This document shows positions 60,929 to 64,000 of a stretch of DNA of 64,000 bases, in pieces. Below the pieces are notes generated by a model that saw nothing but the letters and a program-made list of their open reading frames with translations, was not told where the DNA came from and ran no database searches. Both the position numbers and the translations under genes were made by a program. The stretch's first letter is position 1. Each line of letters starts with the position of its first letter. The stretch is from NCBI GenBank assembly GCA_037379345.1, contig CM074523.1, positions 31,573,678 through 31,637,677 on the forward strand, given 5' to 3'. Source of the DNA: Perna viridis (taxonomy: Eukaryota).

Positions 60929-61689
60929 TAGTACGTGTTGATTTGTTGTTGAGGTGAAAAAAAAACTACAAAACTTGTGCGATACTTGATCAGTGGAACA
61001 AGTATTAAGTACTTCTCTGACTAGGAATCAAGTAAAATGTTTGTTAAGTGTACTACATAAAAAACGCATGGATTTAATTGCATTTTCCAAGTTTTTATAC
61101 CTCATAACCTCCACAAATAATTATCGAAGTGTTTGTATAGATTGCCTTTTTCGAGATTTTGTTATGTCAAATTTAGTTGAAACGCACAATGGAAAAATGG
61201 CGGGAAATTTATTCCGCACATTTTCCATGTATGAGAAGTAAAAAATATCTAAGTCATAGAAGCTTCGGGATAAATTTTAAATAGCTTTTCAGTTTGTTTT
61301 CTAGATTTGTTCAATACGTGTGAGGCAAAAAAGACCAAACTGAGAAAAATGATGTGCCATCCATTGTTTGATTCTTTTCGGAAGTTCTAGTTTTTTTCGT
61401 TGTCTAATGTACAATTTGAAAAAAATGCTCCATCTTTTATTAAAAAAAAAACACATTTGTAAATATGTAAATTAAAGACTAAGTATCGGTTGTGTAGATT
61501 GTGTATAAATGGATACAGATTGTCATGCTGGATGTTTTCATTGCATGGTATATCACTTAACTGCCAGTATTGCTTTGTTTATTTATTTGTGTAACGTATA
61601 ATCAATTTCATTATTTCTGCTTCAAAAAGGGAGATAGACCTTTTAAACTAATTTTTAGGTGTCTTTAATGGTGTTATAAGTTTTCCACA

Positions 61690-62022
61690 ATGGCCAGGAT
61701 AAAAATGTGGATGGTTGTTATCACGAGTATTTAATCCCGCCTCATTTTGTTTTGCCTATTCCAAGTCAAGAAAGTGTGGCCGCTGTATGTATTGTTTGGT
61801 TTTCTACTTTAAGTTTACTAGTATGTTGCTGGAGTACATGGGGCAACTAATTCGCTACATACTTGTGTAAAATGGTGTTTTTGGGCCAGCTGCAGCCTCC
61901 CCTGATGTGTGGGTTTCCTTGTCATTTATTGAAGACCCGCTGGTGGCCTTGAACTGATATTTTTCATCCCGATAGGGTCGTTACAATTGATATCCTTGAC
62001 ATTTTCACCATATTCATTCTCG
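61690..62022 (+). mobile_element. Degenerate SINE-like repeat (Deu/Nin-domain-like)
   Basis: CCAAGTCAAGAA...TTGAAGACCCGCTGGTGGCCTT...TTGACATTTTCACCATATTCATTCTC resembles common bivalve SINE bodies; the family assignment is tentative. Confidence 0.45.
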
Positions 62023-62519
62023 TTATAATATCATAACAGAATGTGGCATCTTTACTATGAATGGACATTTAAGTATCGATTATAATTTCCAACGACAGTA
62101 CATTGAAAATTGTCAAAACTGAAATAATAAAAACCCCGAAAACCTGTCACTTTTTTAATATCCCTTCATATAAGTTGAAATATATTTTGAACCTTTGTAA
62201 ACCAAACATCTGGCCATACTGAACCATTTTTGAGCATTGAAAAGGTCTACTTTAGACAGGTTTTTCCGAATATTTTTTTTTAATTTCGCAGAAATATACG
62301 TACTCATGGTTCTCATAAATTAGCAAATAAGTGCAGTCGTCACGTGTCAGATCAACAAATGTAAGAAAAAACAGTGAATGATATCTATTTACATTTTACC
62401 GTTATTGGAGTTACCCTCGGACTATACTGAATTTTTCAAATCATAAGGAAAGACTATACTTTCCTAAAAAAAAGTAACGAGTACAAGGTAATTCCAGATG
62501 AGATTCTAATTTCTCATAA

Positions 62520-63005
62520 ACTGTCCTAAACTGTCAGAAGAACAGTTCTCAGGCTATTCTAGGGCCAGTTCCTCTGACAGTTCTAGCATAGCCGACTCTC
62601 GTAGTGCAGGTCTAGCATAGCCGACTCTCGTAGTGCAGGTCTAGCATAGCCGACTCTCGTAGTGCAGTTCTAGCATAGCCGACTCTCGTAGTGCAGGTCT
62701 AGTATAGCTGGGTCTAATAGTAGAACTGTTTTCGTAACGCCAGTCCTGCTAAAACTGTCAAAAGAGCTGGCTCTAGTAATAGAACTGTTTTCGTAACGCC
62801 AGTCCTGCTAAAACTGTCAAAAGAGCTGGCTCTAGTAGTAGAAGTGATCTCGTAACGCCAGTCCTGCTAAAACTGTCAAAAGAGCTGGCTCTAGTAGTAG
62901 AACTGTTTTCGTAGGGCCGGTTCTGCTTGAAGAACCGTCATAAGAGCTGGCCCTAGAACTGTTCTATGACAGGTGGCTCTTTGAGAGGTTAGAACTGATC
63001 CCATC
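62520..63005. repeat. Foldback-like composite: inverted outer modules enclosing a 29-bp x4 and a 59-bp x~4 tandem array
   Basis: (TCTAGCATAGCCGACTCTCGTAGTGCAGG) at 62582-62700; a 59-mer at 62713-62950; outer inverted matches 62531-62584 vs 62931-62972. Confidence 0.8.
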
Positions 63006-63007
63006 AG

Positions 63008-64000
63008 AAGACCACACATGGAAAACAGACATACACAACAAAGAACATAAAGTAATTAAAATTATACATACAAAGTGACAAAAGCAAATGAACAACTTGG
63101 ACTCCACTAAAAACTGGGAGCATGGACCAGGTGCACCGGTAGGGTAAGCGTCCTCTGTTTTTCTATAAACATCCGCCGACTTGCCTATATAAAGTCAAGT
63201 CCGGGGTAGGCAAATGACGAAAGGAAAACTATGACCCGTTGAATAAATCAGTTTCCATGGTGCAGATGGATACACCATAACGATCCACGAGTTCATGATG
63301 ACGACCATAAAACTTCTGTAGTGATGACTTCTATTCTATCTTGTAGCAAAATAACCCTGTTCCAGAAGCCTATTTGTTAGAGTTCTAGCGCGATACAAAA
63401 AGTCTGCATAGTTTCGGCAAGATTTGGTATAACGTATGAGTTGTGATATGAACACTCCATATGCAGGTGCTGAAGGGATGTTGCCACAGATGAAAGGAAA
63501 GTTGACAATTATGAATGAAAAGTCATCACGTTTGTCGTAAAGTTTGGTCAATAGTTTTCCTTTGCCGTCGATTTCTAAGTGTCGTTCAAGATATGAGGCT
63601 GACTTCACAGTGTCTGTAGTATCCTTTATCTCAAGTTCTTTGGGGTTGATGCGATGTAACAAATCCCCGAAATCAGGATTAGATAATACGTCATCTATAT
63701 AGCAGAAACTGAGATTAAAGGATCTAGCAAAACGATATTATTTCTTTTGGATCAAATCAGCTATAAAGTCAGCGTCACAAGAGTGAAGGAATACGTCAGC
63801 AAGTAAAGGAGCACAATTTGTTCCAGTTGGAATGCTGATCGTTTGTTGAAAAACACGTCCACTATACTGGACGAATATATGGTCGAATAAAATTCCAGCA
63901 TTTTGTAAACATCTTCCTCTGTATATTTGGAAGATGATTTGAAATTATTTCTTACAAAGTTTGAGGAATCTCTACCAAGAACTATATATTATATCTAGGT
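63008..64000 (-). mobile_element. Second Penelope-like (Naiad-type) copy, runs off the window end; extreme 3' terminus missing
   Basis: Closely similar to 42000-43000; ORF 63336..63662; YIDD at ~63690-63701; several indels. Confidence 0.9.

Overview
AT-rich, intron-rich animal genomic DNA, most likely a bivalve mollusc (inferred from the repeat families and gene types); it is not prokaryotic. Two spliced genes sit head-to-head. (1) A minus-strand, 4-coding-exon class A neuropeptide GPCR of the kisspeptin(GPR54)/galanin/allatostatin-A group (24949->14186, 413 aa). (2) A plus-strand, 16-exon single-pass cadherin-related protein (31092->60928, 975 aa) that I assembled by hand from phase-consistent GT-AG exons, most of which the ORF track misses. 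It has a signal peptide, an unrecognised ~165-aa Cys/Trp-rich N-terminal domain, 6 cadherin repeats, a TM helix and a cytoplasmic tail. Mobile DNA includes a non-autonomous AcademH-type transposon with TAG..CTA ends, ~330-bp TIRs, a perfect 9-bp TSD and intron-split RecQ-helicase remnants (11223-13820); a decayed DIRS/Ngaro tyrosine-recombinase retrotransposon (8.4-10.7 kb); two RT-bearing and about ten 3'-end-only copies of a Penelope-like (Naiad-type) retroelement with a conserved structured 3' UTR; and SINEs, HINE/MITE-like repeats, a foldback-like composite and several minisatellites. A window-wide excess of TACATGTA, shown in three places to be an insertion at TA, looks like a record of Tc1/pogo-type excision scars.
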